From IMG/VR virus record IMGVR_UViG_3300047444_000753, positions 133,256 to 158,613 of that record: a stretch of DNA of 25,358 nt; one strand, given 5' to 3'. Origin of the DNA: a virus (taxonomy: Duplodnaviria > Heunggongvirae > Uroviricota > Caudoviricetes). Positions 1-7,625 of the stretch are shown piece after piece. Below the pieces are notes generated by a model that did not search any database, was not told where the DNA came from, and saw only the letters and a list, made by a program, of their open reading frames with translations. Every line of letters starts with the position of its first letter. Position 1 is the stretch's first letter. Position numbers and translations under genes: made by a program.

Positions 1-2
1 TT

Positions 3-1328
3 GAGTCCGGAGACGGTCGTCAGTTCGATGAGGAGTCCCTATCCTCGCGCAACATGCCTCTGGCGCTCATGTGGCAGATCAAGACTGGCCCCGGCCATGA
101 TGGGTCTGTCGTTGTCGGTCGCATCGACAGTATCGAGCGCACGCCTGAAGGCCTTGGCAATGCCAAGGGTGTCTTCGATGTTGGCCCCTACGGTCGCGAA
201 GCCGAGCGCATGGTTCGCAACGGTTTTCTTCGTGGTGTATCAGCAGATCTGGACAAGTTCGAAGGTACCGCGCTCAAGGATCCCGAAGAAGACGATGCTT
301 CGGAGCTCACAACTATCAAGAGCAAAGAAATCAACGTCAACAAGGCCCGACTCATGGGCATCACCATCGTACCAAAGCCCGCCTTTGAGGAGTGCCTAAT
401 CATGATTGAAGACCAGCCAACTATGGACACAGGGGACGACTACGTTCCCGATGGCCTCTACGAAGACAATCTGGACGACATGGACAGTGAGCTGGCCGCA
501 CTTGCTGCGTCCGCCGCACCGCTGACCCCGCCCAAGCAGTGGTTCGAAAACCCGAAGCTCAATGGTCCACAGCCTCTCACCGTCACTGATGATGGACAGG
601 TATTCGGCCACGTTGCTACTTGGAATTCTACACACATTGGTCTACCTCGCGCAACTCGTCCGCCACGTTCGCAGTCCAACTATGCATACTTCCGCAAGGG
701 CCTCCTGCGCACCGATACCGGCGAGGATGTACGAGTAGGGCAGCTGACACTCACAGGTGGTCACGCATCCATGCAAGCCTCTGCCAACGAAGCTATCAAA
801 CACTACGACGATACCCGCTCCGCTGTGGCCGACGTGACTGCCGGAGAAGACCAGCACGGCATCTGGGTAGCCGGGTCCCTGCGTCCGGATGTCACCCCGA
901 ATCAGGTCCGTGCGTTCCGTGCGTCCGCCTGCTCCGGTGACTGGCGTCCGATCAACGGCAAGCTGGAACTGGTAGCTGTCTGCTCCGTCAACGTTCCGGG
1001 CTTCCCGATCGCCCGTCCACAGGTTCTCGTGGCCGGTGGCCAGATTCAGGCTCTCGTGGCCGCTGGTGCACTTCCGACCGCCGAGTACTCCAAGATTGAC
1101 GAACTGACCATGCGTCTGGACGCCATCGAGGCTGCGGAGCTCAGTGCCAAGCGTGAGGAAGCCCTGCAGCGCCTCGCACCGTTCGTCCAGACCAAGGAGG
1201 CGGAACTCGCAGCACTGGCAGCGTCTGCCCGTGAGCGCATGCAGCCGGTCATCGCCTCTGCTGACGCAGACCTTGCAGCCCAGATGGAGGCCCTGCGTAA
1301 GCGCGTCCTAGGTGCTGACGGGGAGTAA
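3..1328 (+). CDS. Capsid maturation (prohead) protease, 5'-truncated by the window edge
   Basis: The frame is open from nt 3 (ESGDGRQFDEESLSSRN-MPLALMWQ), so the ATG at 54 is probably internal. GHDG and GVSAD plus ITIVPKPAF resemble His/Ser prohead protease motifs. The gene lies directly upstream of the capsid gene. Confidence 0.8.
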   Translation, partial: ESGDGRQFDEESLSSRNMPLALMWQIKTGPGHDGSVVVGRIDSIERTPEGLGNAKGVFDVGPYGREAERMVRNGFLRGVSADLDKFEGTALKDPEEDDASELTTIKSKEINVNKARLMGITIVPKPAFEECLIMIEDQPTMDTGDDYVPDGLYEDNLDDMDSELAALAASAAPLTPPKQWFENPKLNGPQPLTVTDDGQVFGHVATWNSTHIGLPRATRPPRSQSNYAYFRKGLLRTDTGEDVRVGQLTLTGGHASMQASANEAIKHYDDTRSAVADVTAGEDQHGIWVAGSLRPDVTPNQVRAFRASACSGDWRPINGKLELVAVCSVNVPGFPIARPQVLVAGGQIQALVAAGALPTAEYSKIDELTMRLDAIEAAELSAKREEALQRLAPFVQTKEAELAALAASARERMQPVIASADADLAAQMEALRKRVLGADGE

Positions 1329-1347
1329 CCTTTCCGAGTTGACATTG

Positions 1348-1374
1348 AAGAGGCCCGAAAGGGCCTTTTCTTTT
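1348..1374 (+). terminator. Rho-independent terminator
   Basis: AGGCCC-GAAA-GGGCCT stem-loop (1351-1366) with a GNRA loop, followed by TTTCTTTT, about 20 nt after the protease stop. Confidence 0.85.
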
Positions 1375-1416
1375 GCCACCACTGCATTTTCTAAACATAC
1401 ACACGTGCTTTTTTGC

Positions 1417-1426
1417 ATGATATACT
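1417..1426 (+). promoter_or_regulatory. Extended -10 promoter element upstream of the capsid gene
   Basis: ATGATATACT (TGn-TATACT) in an AT-rich intergenic region after the terminator. The same 10-mer recurs at 5365-5374. Confidence 0.65.
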
Positions 1427-1540
1427 ATAACTAATACTGAGCGCAAATCACACGATGATCCTGCCCTTGCTGCCATAGAGACTGAATTTATACACGATAA
1501 GTAGATTACTTATCCCTAAATGAAATCTAAGGAGGGACCT

Positions 1541-3706
1541 GTGGATCAGATCCGTGAAAGCCTAGACAAAATCTCCGACCTTTCGGACGATGAGCTCGAC
1601 GCACTCGAAAATTCTGTTGTTTCAGAGTTCAAGACGGTTCAATCGCAAGACCCGACTCGTGAAGTTGTAACCAACATGATCGCCCTCGCCGACGCAGCGG
1701 ACGCAGTCCGTTCCGAACGCGAGACTCGTAGCGCCGAATCCGCCAAACTTGCACAGGCCGCTGCTGACGCAGTTGCTCGCATGTCCAAGGACACGGATGA
1801 CGACGGAGACGGTGACGTTGACCCTGAGGGCAACGGAGAGCCGGACACCGACGACGCTGACAGCACCGAAGCACCTGCAGGATCCACCGATGACACAGAA
1901 ACACCTGATGCCACCGAAGATCCCGCTACGGACCCCACTGAGGATCCGACTGAAGCTGCCGAGCAGCCTCCAGTAGCCGAGACAGAGGCCCCTGCGGAAG
2001 ACCCCGCAACCGCCGCTATCGCCGCTCCTGCGAAGGATGACGAGACAGCCCCAGAGGACGCTCCCGCTGCCGTTACCGACGAGGCTACGCCAGCCCCTGA
2101 CGCTGAGCCCGCAACCCCCACAGACGCACCAGCAGCGGATCCGTCCGCTGAGGACAGTGCAGCCGGTGGCGGCGAGGACACAGACAACGCAGATGCTGAG
2201 CCTGATCTGACTGACGAAGACAAGAAGAAGATTGCAAATCTTGCCGCCGCCGCAGATCCGACTGTTGAAGATGCACCTAAAGAGTCCGAAGCAGCAATTG
2301 ACGAAACACCCGCAGACGAAGCCAAAGAGCTAGCTGCAACCGACCCCACAACTACCGACGCTGAACTTGCGTCGGACGAAATCCAGAAAGAGGACCCCGT
2401 GACTGCCTCAGCAACTCCAGAAGGGCTTGAATTCCAAGCTCCGGCAGATCGTTCGCCTGCTATCCCCGCTGTCAAGGCCCCAATGACCATCACCGCTGGT
2501 GCTGACATCAAGGGCATCCCTATGGGAAGCCAGCTTCCCGACATCGCCGCTGTGGCTTCTGCTCTTCTTGAGCGCAAGAAGTCCATGGGCAAGACTTCCG
2601 GTGGAGACGGAGAGCAGTCGCTCGTCGCTTCCTTCCGCACGGACTTCCCTGAGGCACGTTTCCTGAACTCCTCGGACTTCGAGGGCAACCGCGCCAAGGT
2701 TGACGGCGTCGTTTCTGCTACAGCCATCACGGCTGCCGGTGGTCTGACAGCACCTGTCGAGACCTCCTACGACATCTTCGAACTCGGAGAGACACTTGAC
2801 CGTCCGGTCAAGGACGCCCTCGCCGTCTTCGGTGCTGATCGTGGCGGTATCCGCTTCATGACTCCGCCGCTGCTCACAGACCTGAACGGTGCTGTGTCCC
2901 TGTGGACCATGCAGGATGACATCGACGCCGCTACGGAAGGTGCTCCGGATCCGGAGAAGCCCTGCCTCCGCGTTGCCGCTGGCACAGAAATCGTCGTCTA
3001 CGTAGACGCGATCCCGCTCTGCCTCACCTTCGGCAACCTCGGCGCTCGCGCCTTCCCAGAGCTCGTTGAGCGTCACACCAAGCTCGGCATGGTTCTCCAC
3101 GCCCGCTACGCTGAGACTCGCCTGCTCACCCGCATCGGTGCACTCTCCACTCCGGTCACAGCCGCTTCTGAGCTCGGTGTCGCCCGCGACATCTTCGGCC
3201 AGATCGACCGCGCCGCAGCTGCCTACCGCTCCCGCTACCGCCTCGCAGAAGACGCTCCACTGCGCGTCATCTTCCCGTCTTGGTTCAAGAACGCACTCCG
3301 TGCCGACCTGATCAAGCAGCTTCCGGGCGACGGTCGCGAAGGCACATTCAACCTCGCAGAGGCTGAGATCAACGGCTGGTTCGCTACTCGCTCCATCAAC
3401 GTGTCTTGGCACATCGATGGCGAGACCGGCCAGATCTTCGGCACACAGGACGCCGGGGCAGAGCTTCTCGCTTTCCCATCCGACGTTATCTGGTACCTCT
3501 TCTCTGAGGGCACCTTCCTCTTCCTCGATGCGGGAACTCTCGACCTCGGACTTGTCCGTGACTCGACCCTCAATGGCACAAACGATTACAAAATTTTCTT
3601 GGAGACTTTTGAAGGCGTTGCCAAGGTTGGCGTCGAATCCCTCCGTGTCCAGAGCAAGCTGGCCCTCCGTGGATCCGCTTCCGCTACTACAACAGTAGCT
3701 GGCTAG
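1541..3706 (+). CDS. Major capsid (hexamer-type) protein with N-terminal scaffold-like acidic extension
   Basis: AAGGAGG RBS before GTG 1541, which is preferred over ATG 1520. The protein has a helical N-terminus, a ~200-aa D/E/A/P/T-rich linker, then a ~325-aa globular domain from ITAAGGLTAPVETSYD ending in GTLDLGLVRDSTLNGTNDYKIFLETFEG, as I recall for actinophage major capsid proteins. It sits after the protease. Confidence 0.85.
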   Translation: MDQIRESLDKISDLSDDELDALENSVVSEFKTVQSQDPTREVVTNMIALADAADAVRSERETRSAESAKLAQAAADAVARMSKDTDDDGDGDVDPEGNGEPDTDDADSTEAPAGSTDDTETPDATEDPATDPTEDPTEAAEQPPVAETEAPAEDPATAAIAAPAKDDETAPEDAPAAVTDEATPAPDAEPATPTDAPAADPSAEDSAAGGGEDTDNADAEPDLTDEDKKKIANLAAAADPTVEDAPKESEAAIDETPADEAKELAATDPTTTDAELASDEIQKEDPVTASATPEGLEFQAPADRSPAIPAVKAPMTITAGADIKGIPMGSQLPDIAAVASALLERKKSMGKTSGGDGEQSLVASFRTDFPEARFLNSSDFEGNRAKVDGVVSATAITAAGGLTAPVETSYDIFELGETLDRPVKDALAVFGADRGGIRFMTPPLLTDLNGAVSLWTMQDDIDAATEGAPDPEKPCLRVAAGTEIVVYVDAIPLCLTFGNLGARAFPELVERHTKLGMVLHARYAETRLLTRIGALSTPVTAASELGVARDIFGQIDRAAAAYRSRYRLAEDAPLRVIFPSWFKNALRADLIKQLPGDGREGTFNLAEAEINGWFATRSINVSWHIDGETGQIFGTQDAGAELLAFPSDVIWYLFSEGTFLFLDAGTLDLGLVRDSTLNGTNDYKIFLETFEGVAKVGVESLRVQSKLALRGSASATTTVAG

Positions 3707-3718
3707 TAGTAAATCAAT

Positions 3719-3844
3719 ACAGTAACAGTAGCTGGACTCGAAATTCCATCGGAGAAATGAAATGGTAAGACCGACAAATACTCTCATTGAGACTACGGGG
3801 CCAGAGGCTTCTCCATTTGGGATTTTGAGTCCAGCTACTACTGT
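3719..3844 (+). promoter_or_regulatory. Long RNA stem enclosing the RBS and start codon of the second capsid gene
   Basis: 3727-3748 pairs with 3818-3839 over 22 consecutive positions (20 Watson-Crick, 2 G-U). GGAGAA 3751-3756 pairs with TTCTCC 3809-3814. ACAGT 3719-3723 pairs with ACTGT 3840-3844. Confidence 0.7.
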
Positions 3845-4628
3845 CGTAGAACGTCACGATGATTACTGGCTCTCCGGTTTCGTTTACGAAATCGGGGATG
3901 CCCGTGTCAAGGTGGACAACGCCGTAATCCTCGGTGCCAACACCCCCGCAGAAGTCACAAGTGTCGTCCCGAATGAGGGCGACACCTATGGCCTCTACTT
4001 CCCCTTCGACATCGAGGCAGAGGTTGAACACTCAACCCTCGGTGTGACCCCTGAGGAGGTCGAGACCTCTGCAAAGAAGGCCCTCGATGTCGTAACTCAG
4101 AAGGCTATCGAAGTTGAATTCTGGGGTGGCGGAGTTGCAAAGCTCCTCACCAAGGAGAACAAGAACCGCTACCTCGCCAGCACAGACTCCATCGATGTCA
4201 CGCCTACCCCGGGCACGGCTGTCAAGCCACGCTACGGGCTGGCACTGCTCGAAGGCGCTCTCGGGGACGCGACGCTCGGTTCGGTTGGCACGATCCATGC
4301 ACCGCGAGCGGTGGCAGGGATCCTCAAGCTTGAAGAGGACAGCAATGCGCTGTTCACCAAGCTTGGCAACACGGTAGTTGCAGGCACCGGATACTCCAAG
4401 ATCGGCCCCACAGGAGCCGTAGCAGGAGCAAACCAGTACTGGATGTACGCCACAGGACCTGTGACCGTCATCCTCGGCGACATGAACATCACCCCCGGTG
4501 AGGTCTCTCAGGCCATTGATACACGTGTAAATACTATCAAGTATTACGTCGATCGTCCAGCCGCCGTCACATGGTCCACCACAAACGTCTACGCAGTACT
4601 CATTGATCTATCGCTAGACTACGCTTAA
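3762..4628 (+). CDS. Second capsid protein (major capsid pentamer-type)
   Basis: 288 aa with a GGAGA RBS, immediately after the major capsid gene. Motifs PFGILS, GTIHAP and TKLGNTVVAGTGY...WMYATGPV resemble pentamer capsid proteins of Rosebush-like actinophages (recognition from memory). Confidence 0.7.
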   Translation: MVRPTNTLIETTGPEASPFGILSPATTVVERHDDYWLSGFVYEIGDARVKVDNAVILGANTPAEVTSVVPNEGDTYGLYFPFDIEAEVEHSTLGVTPEEVETSAKKALDVVTQKAIEVEFWGGGVAKLLTKENKNRYLASTDSIDVTPTPGTAVKPRYGLALLEGALGDATLGSVGTIHAPRAVAGILKLEEDSNALFTKLGNTVVAGTGYSKIGPTGAVAGANQYWMYATGPVTVILGDMNITPGEVSQAIDTRVNTIKYYVDRPAAVTWSTTNVYAVLIDLSLDYA

Positions 4629-4647
4629 TTTTTAGGAAGGATTCACA

Positions 4648-5301
4648 ATGGCTTACGATAAATCAGCCAGTATTTCGGGTTCCGTAATCCGTGTTACCCG
4701 TCTCAATGCAGACGGATCAACGGCTGTTGGCCCTAGTGCCTCATTTGTCACCCGTGCCTTCATCTCGGTCAAGATCACACCCGAGTACGAAGCTGGTACA
4801 GATATCACAACCAAGCTTGCTGACGGTACCATCGGTATCGCCTACAAGACCCCCAACACACTGAAGCGCGTCAACATCACGCTCGGTGTCGAGAACCCTG
4901 ACCCCGAACTCACGGAACTCATCGCTGGCGGAACCATCCTCGGCGCATCGCAGGGCTTCGCGGCCCCAGCGATGGGTGTGATTGGATCCCCGAACGGTGT
5001 CTCCATCGAGGTCTGGTCCAAGGCTATCCTCAACGGTCGTCCCGCAGCTGTCAACCCTTACTGGCACTGGCTCATCCCATACGCCCAGATGCAGGGCTCC
5101 GGCGATAAGACCATCGCTGAAGGCGTCCTCGGAACCGAATTCACCGGCTACGGTGTGGGTAACCCGCTCTTCGGTATCGGCTCCGGCAACACCCCAACAT
5201 GGCCGTGGATCACCGACCGCGCCTACGCCTATGCTCGCACAGACTCCATCCCGGACATCCCGGCTGGTGGCTCGGGCTACGTAGCAACTACAGGTCCATA
5301 A
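4648..5301 (+). CDS. Major tail (tube) protein
   Basis: 217 aa with an AGGAAGG RBS and strongly C-ending codons. Motifs GSVIRVTRLNADG, PEYEAG and IEVWSKA...YWHWLIP resemble actinophage tail tube proteins. A hairpin follows the gene. Confidence 0.75.
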   Translation: MAYDKSASISGSVIRVTRLNADGSTAVGPSASFVTRAFISVKITPEYEAGTDITTKLADGTIGIAYKTPNTLKRVNITLGVENPDPELTELIAGGTILGASQGFAAPAMGVIGSPNGVSIEVWSKAILNGRPAAVNPYWHWLIPYAQMQGSGDKTIAEGVLGTEFTGYGVGNPLFGIGSGNTPTWPWITDRAYAYARTDSIPDIPAGGSGYVATTGP

Positions 5302-5319
5302 GTAATACCCTACAACATT

Positions 5320-5360
5320 TCTGGCTGGTTCGTTTATTCGAGCCAGCCAGAGCTGTTTGT
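5320..5360 (+). terminator. Probable intrinsic terminator or mRNA-stabilising hairpin
   Basis: TCTGGCTGGTTCG-TTTATT-CGAGCCAGCCAGA forms 13 bp (one G-U) after the tail tube stop. The U-tract is weak (GCTGTTTGT). Confidence 0.65.
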
Positions 5361-5364
5361 GGTC

Positions 5365-5374
5365 ATGATATACT
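5365..5374 (+). promoter_or_regulatory. Extended -10 promoter element
   Basis: ATGATATACT, identical to 1417-1426, lying between the hairpin and the next RBS (GGGAG). Confidence 0.6.
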
Positions 5375-5398
5375 TAGATCAAATAACTTGGGAGCATT

Positions 5399-6088
5399 AT
5401 GGCTATTCTATGGCTAAAAAACTCGGACACTGTCGAGCCGACTGGCGACTACACTACCGATGCTGTAGCGGCTGCAAGCCTCATCCTGTACAAACTCTCC
5501 GGTGAGAAATTCACGGGTATCCAGAAGACAACCGAGTACTACGGATCCGGGCAGTTCAGTCCGATGAAGCTGGAGCCCGTCGTCATTCAGGGCGGCATCA
5601 AGAACATTCCGCTCCAGAGCGGGATCCGTGAGCTCCGTCTCCGCAATAGTCCTGTCGTCTCCATACAGTCCGTCAGCATTGGCGGACATGTCCTTGATCC
5701 TTCGGAGTACAGCCTACGCAACAATGCGTATATTGTCCGGAAGAACTCTACTCCGTGGATCCTTGATCCACTCCATGACCTCGAAGTCTCATATACATAT
5801 GGTACACCAGTTCCCGCCGCAGGCAAGCACGCAGCGTTGCGTCTCGCCAACGAGCTGATCTGGGCCAAGACTGAGTCCGACCAGTGTGGTCTTCCCCAGC
5901 GGATCACCACCAACATCACCCGTCAAGGCGAGAGCATGACCGTCCTTGACCCCCTAAACTTTCTTCAGGCTGGCCGTACAGGCGTGTATGAGATCGATCT
6001 CTTCCTCGCCGCTGTCAACCCGAATAAAGCAAAGAAGAAGTCGAAAGTCTTCTCTGTAGATAAACCACGTGGAGAGAGAATAAATTGA
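5399..6088 (+). CDS. Head-to-tail adaptor protein
   Basis: 229 aa. AASLILYKLSG, VSYTYGTPVP, CGLPQRITTNITRQG and GRTGVYEIDLFL match the pattern of actinophage adaptors. Position in the morphogenesis cluster fits. Confidence 0.7.
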   Translation: MAILWLKNSDTVEPTGDYTTDAVAAASLILYKLSGEKFTGIQKTTEYYGSGQFSPMKLEPVVIQGGIKNIPLQSGIRELRLRNSPVVSIQSVSIGGHVLDPSEYSLRNNAYIVRKNSTPWILDPLHDLEVSYTYGTPVPAAGKHAALRLANELIWAKTESDQCGLPQRITTNITRQGESMTVLDPLNFLQAGRTGVYEIDLFLAAVNPNKAKKKSKVFSVDKPRGERIN

Positions 6089-6366
6089 GCCAAACAGATC
6101 CGTACGCCGCGCCTGAAGATCCCGGAGCACCGGACGTCTACTACCCGCCCGTCGCAAAGCTAGAAGCAGTCGCCGCCGAGCCTGTGGCCGAGCCTGTCAC
6201 GGAGGATCCGGCCAAGCCGGACACCGAAGAGGCCGTTCCTGAAGGCACCATTGCCGAAGTTATGGCATGGGTCGGCGAGGACCATGACCGTGCTGTTCGC
6301 GCACTCGCTGCCGAAGAAGCCGGACACAACCGCAAGTCTCTCGTCAAGAGCCTCAGCGCTCTCTAA
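6085..6366 (+). CDS. Hypothetical protein (acidic Pro-rich N-terminus, small helical C-terminal domain)
   Basis: TTG start with GGAGAG upstream and a 4-bp overlap with the previous stop. Codon use matches the neighbours. C-terminus reads GTIAEVMAWVGED...RKSLVKSL. Confidence 0.7.
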   Translation: MSQTDPYAAPEDPGAPDVYYPPVAKLEAVAAEPVAEPVTEDPAKPDTEEAVPEGTIAEVMAWVGEDHDRAVRALAAEEAGHNRKSLVKSLSAL

Positions 6367-6374
6367 GGAACACC

Positions 6375-6863
6375 ATGTCGTTTGATGCACCTGTCTATCT
6401 TGAAGGAATCTCTGAGAAGGCTCAGCTGATTCTTGACCACCTCGTATCCGTGTTTGCGGAGAACGGGGTGGACCTGCCGTCCCGCCAGTTCCTTGCTGTG
6501 GGCGGACAGGGACAGACAGTGCACTCAGCGCCACAGGTGACGGTGTCTTGGGTGCAGGCCTACTCGGGCCTGCCCCAGCACCAATCCCAGTTTCCGGTCA
6601 GGCGTACCGAGCCGTGGACCGCTGTCTTCGTGGTGGAAGTTGTTCGTGACCTTCCGGGGATGAGCAACCGTGGGACCGAGCCCAGCGCGGAGACAATGAC
6701 CTCCACAGCCAACGGACAGATGCAGGACGCACAGCTGATGATTGAGGCCGGACGCAGGGCGTTCGAGGATTCATGGGAGGGCTCCGGCATGGCCGACATC
6801 TCCGCCAGCGCCCCGGGTGGCCTGTTGCAGGCCGTGACGATGACCGTAATGGTCGTCATCTAA
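6375..6863 (+). CDS. Putative tail terminator / head-tail completion protein
   Basis: 162 aa with an AAGGA RBS. Size and position between the adaptor and the tail chaperone fit. The function is inferred from gene order only. Confidence 0.5.
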   Translation: MSFDAPVYLEGISEKAQLILDHLVSVFAENGVDLPSRQFLAVGGQGQTVHSAPQVTVSWVQAYSGLPQHQSQFPVRRTEPWTAVFVVEVVRDLPGMSNRGTEPSAETMTSTANGQMQDAQLMIEAGRRAFEDSWEGSGMADISASAPGGLLQAVTMTVMVVI

Positions 6864-7246
6864 TGAAGTTTGAAAAGAATGAGGCCGGGTGGCACGAGGA
6901 ATTCGAGACCACCACGGGCATGGTCGGAAAAGACGTTCGGAACCGTAGCGCCATTCTTACATTGCTTGCCAAAATTCAGGTCGGCAAGAAAACTGGACAG
7001 CTGTCTACCTCCATTGGATACACACTTTCCGCAGACCACAACGGGGTTATCGGAACCATTGGATCCGATAACGACATTGCACTTTTGCACCACGAAGGTA
7101 CAAAGCCCCACATCATCCTGCCGCGTACAAAAAAGACACTACGGTTTGTAAGTCATGGTAAAATAGTGTATGCAAAGATAGTCCATCACCCGGGCACCAA
7201 GCCCAATAGATACTTGACGGACAATCTTGGAAAAGTTATTGATTAA
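6863..7246 (+). CDS. Putative neck / tail completion protein (HK97 gp10-like)
   Basis: The start is placed at ATG 6863 (TAATG overlap), not 6773, giving a basic 127-aa protein. KKTGQLSTSI, HHEGTKPH and HHPGTKPNRYL resemble HK97 gp10-like proteins. Confidence 0.6.
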   Translation: MKFEKNEAGWHEEFETTTGMVGKDVRNRSAILTLLAKIQVGKKTGQLSTSIGYTLSADHNGVIGTIGSDNDIALLHHEGTKPHIILPRTKKTLRFVSHGKIVYAKIVHHPGTKPNRYLTDNLGKVID

Positions 7247-7268
7247 CCGACGAAATTAGGTAAGACAC

Positions 7269-7625
7269 ATGGCTGTAAATCGCCTCCCGATGCGTACGCG
7301 CTCATTTTCTGTAGCAGTCCCCGAGACACCCGAAGTAGAAGTGGCTCCGCTCGGTTTTGATCTTGCAGGAGAGTCATTCGAAGTCTTCCCTGAGGCCCCC
7401 GGCATCGTTCTCCTCGAATTCGTTGAGGCCACGACGTCTGAAGTCAGGAACGCCAGTGCTGCGGCCCTGACTAAGTTCCTGCGGTCTGTCATGACTGCGG
7501 AGGAATGGGCTCGTCTGGACGCCGTTCTCCACGATCCCAAGCACATGATTGACGTGAAGACGATCACGGAGATTGTCTCCTTCATTGCGGAGTCCTACAC
7601 CTCGCGCCCTACAGAGGCGTCCTAG
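7269..7625 (+). CDS. Tail assembly chaperone (gpG-like)
   Basis: 118 aa ending YTSRPTEAS. It is the first of two overlapping frames just before the tape measure gene. Confidence 0.75.
   Translation: MAVNRLPMRTRSFSVAVPETPEVEVAPLGFDLAGESFEVFPEAPGIVLLEFVEATTSEVRNASAAALTKFLRSVMTAEEWARLDAVLHDPKHMIDVKTITEIVSFIAESYTSRPTEAS

Noticed and set aside
1339-1344. Perfect TTGACA hexamer
   Set aside because: There is no -10 at 16-18 bp. That position falls in the GC-rich terminator stem.
1639-3787. Long minus-strand ORFs (363 aa and 459 aa) opposite the capsid gene
   Set aside because: These are shadow ORFs expected from GC-biased codon use and low-complexity sequence. They have no motifs and fully overlap a strong + strand gene.
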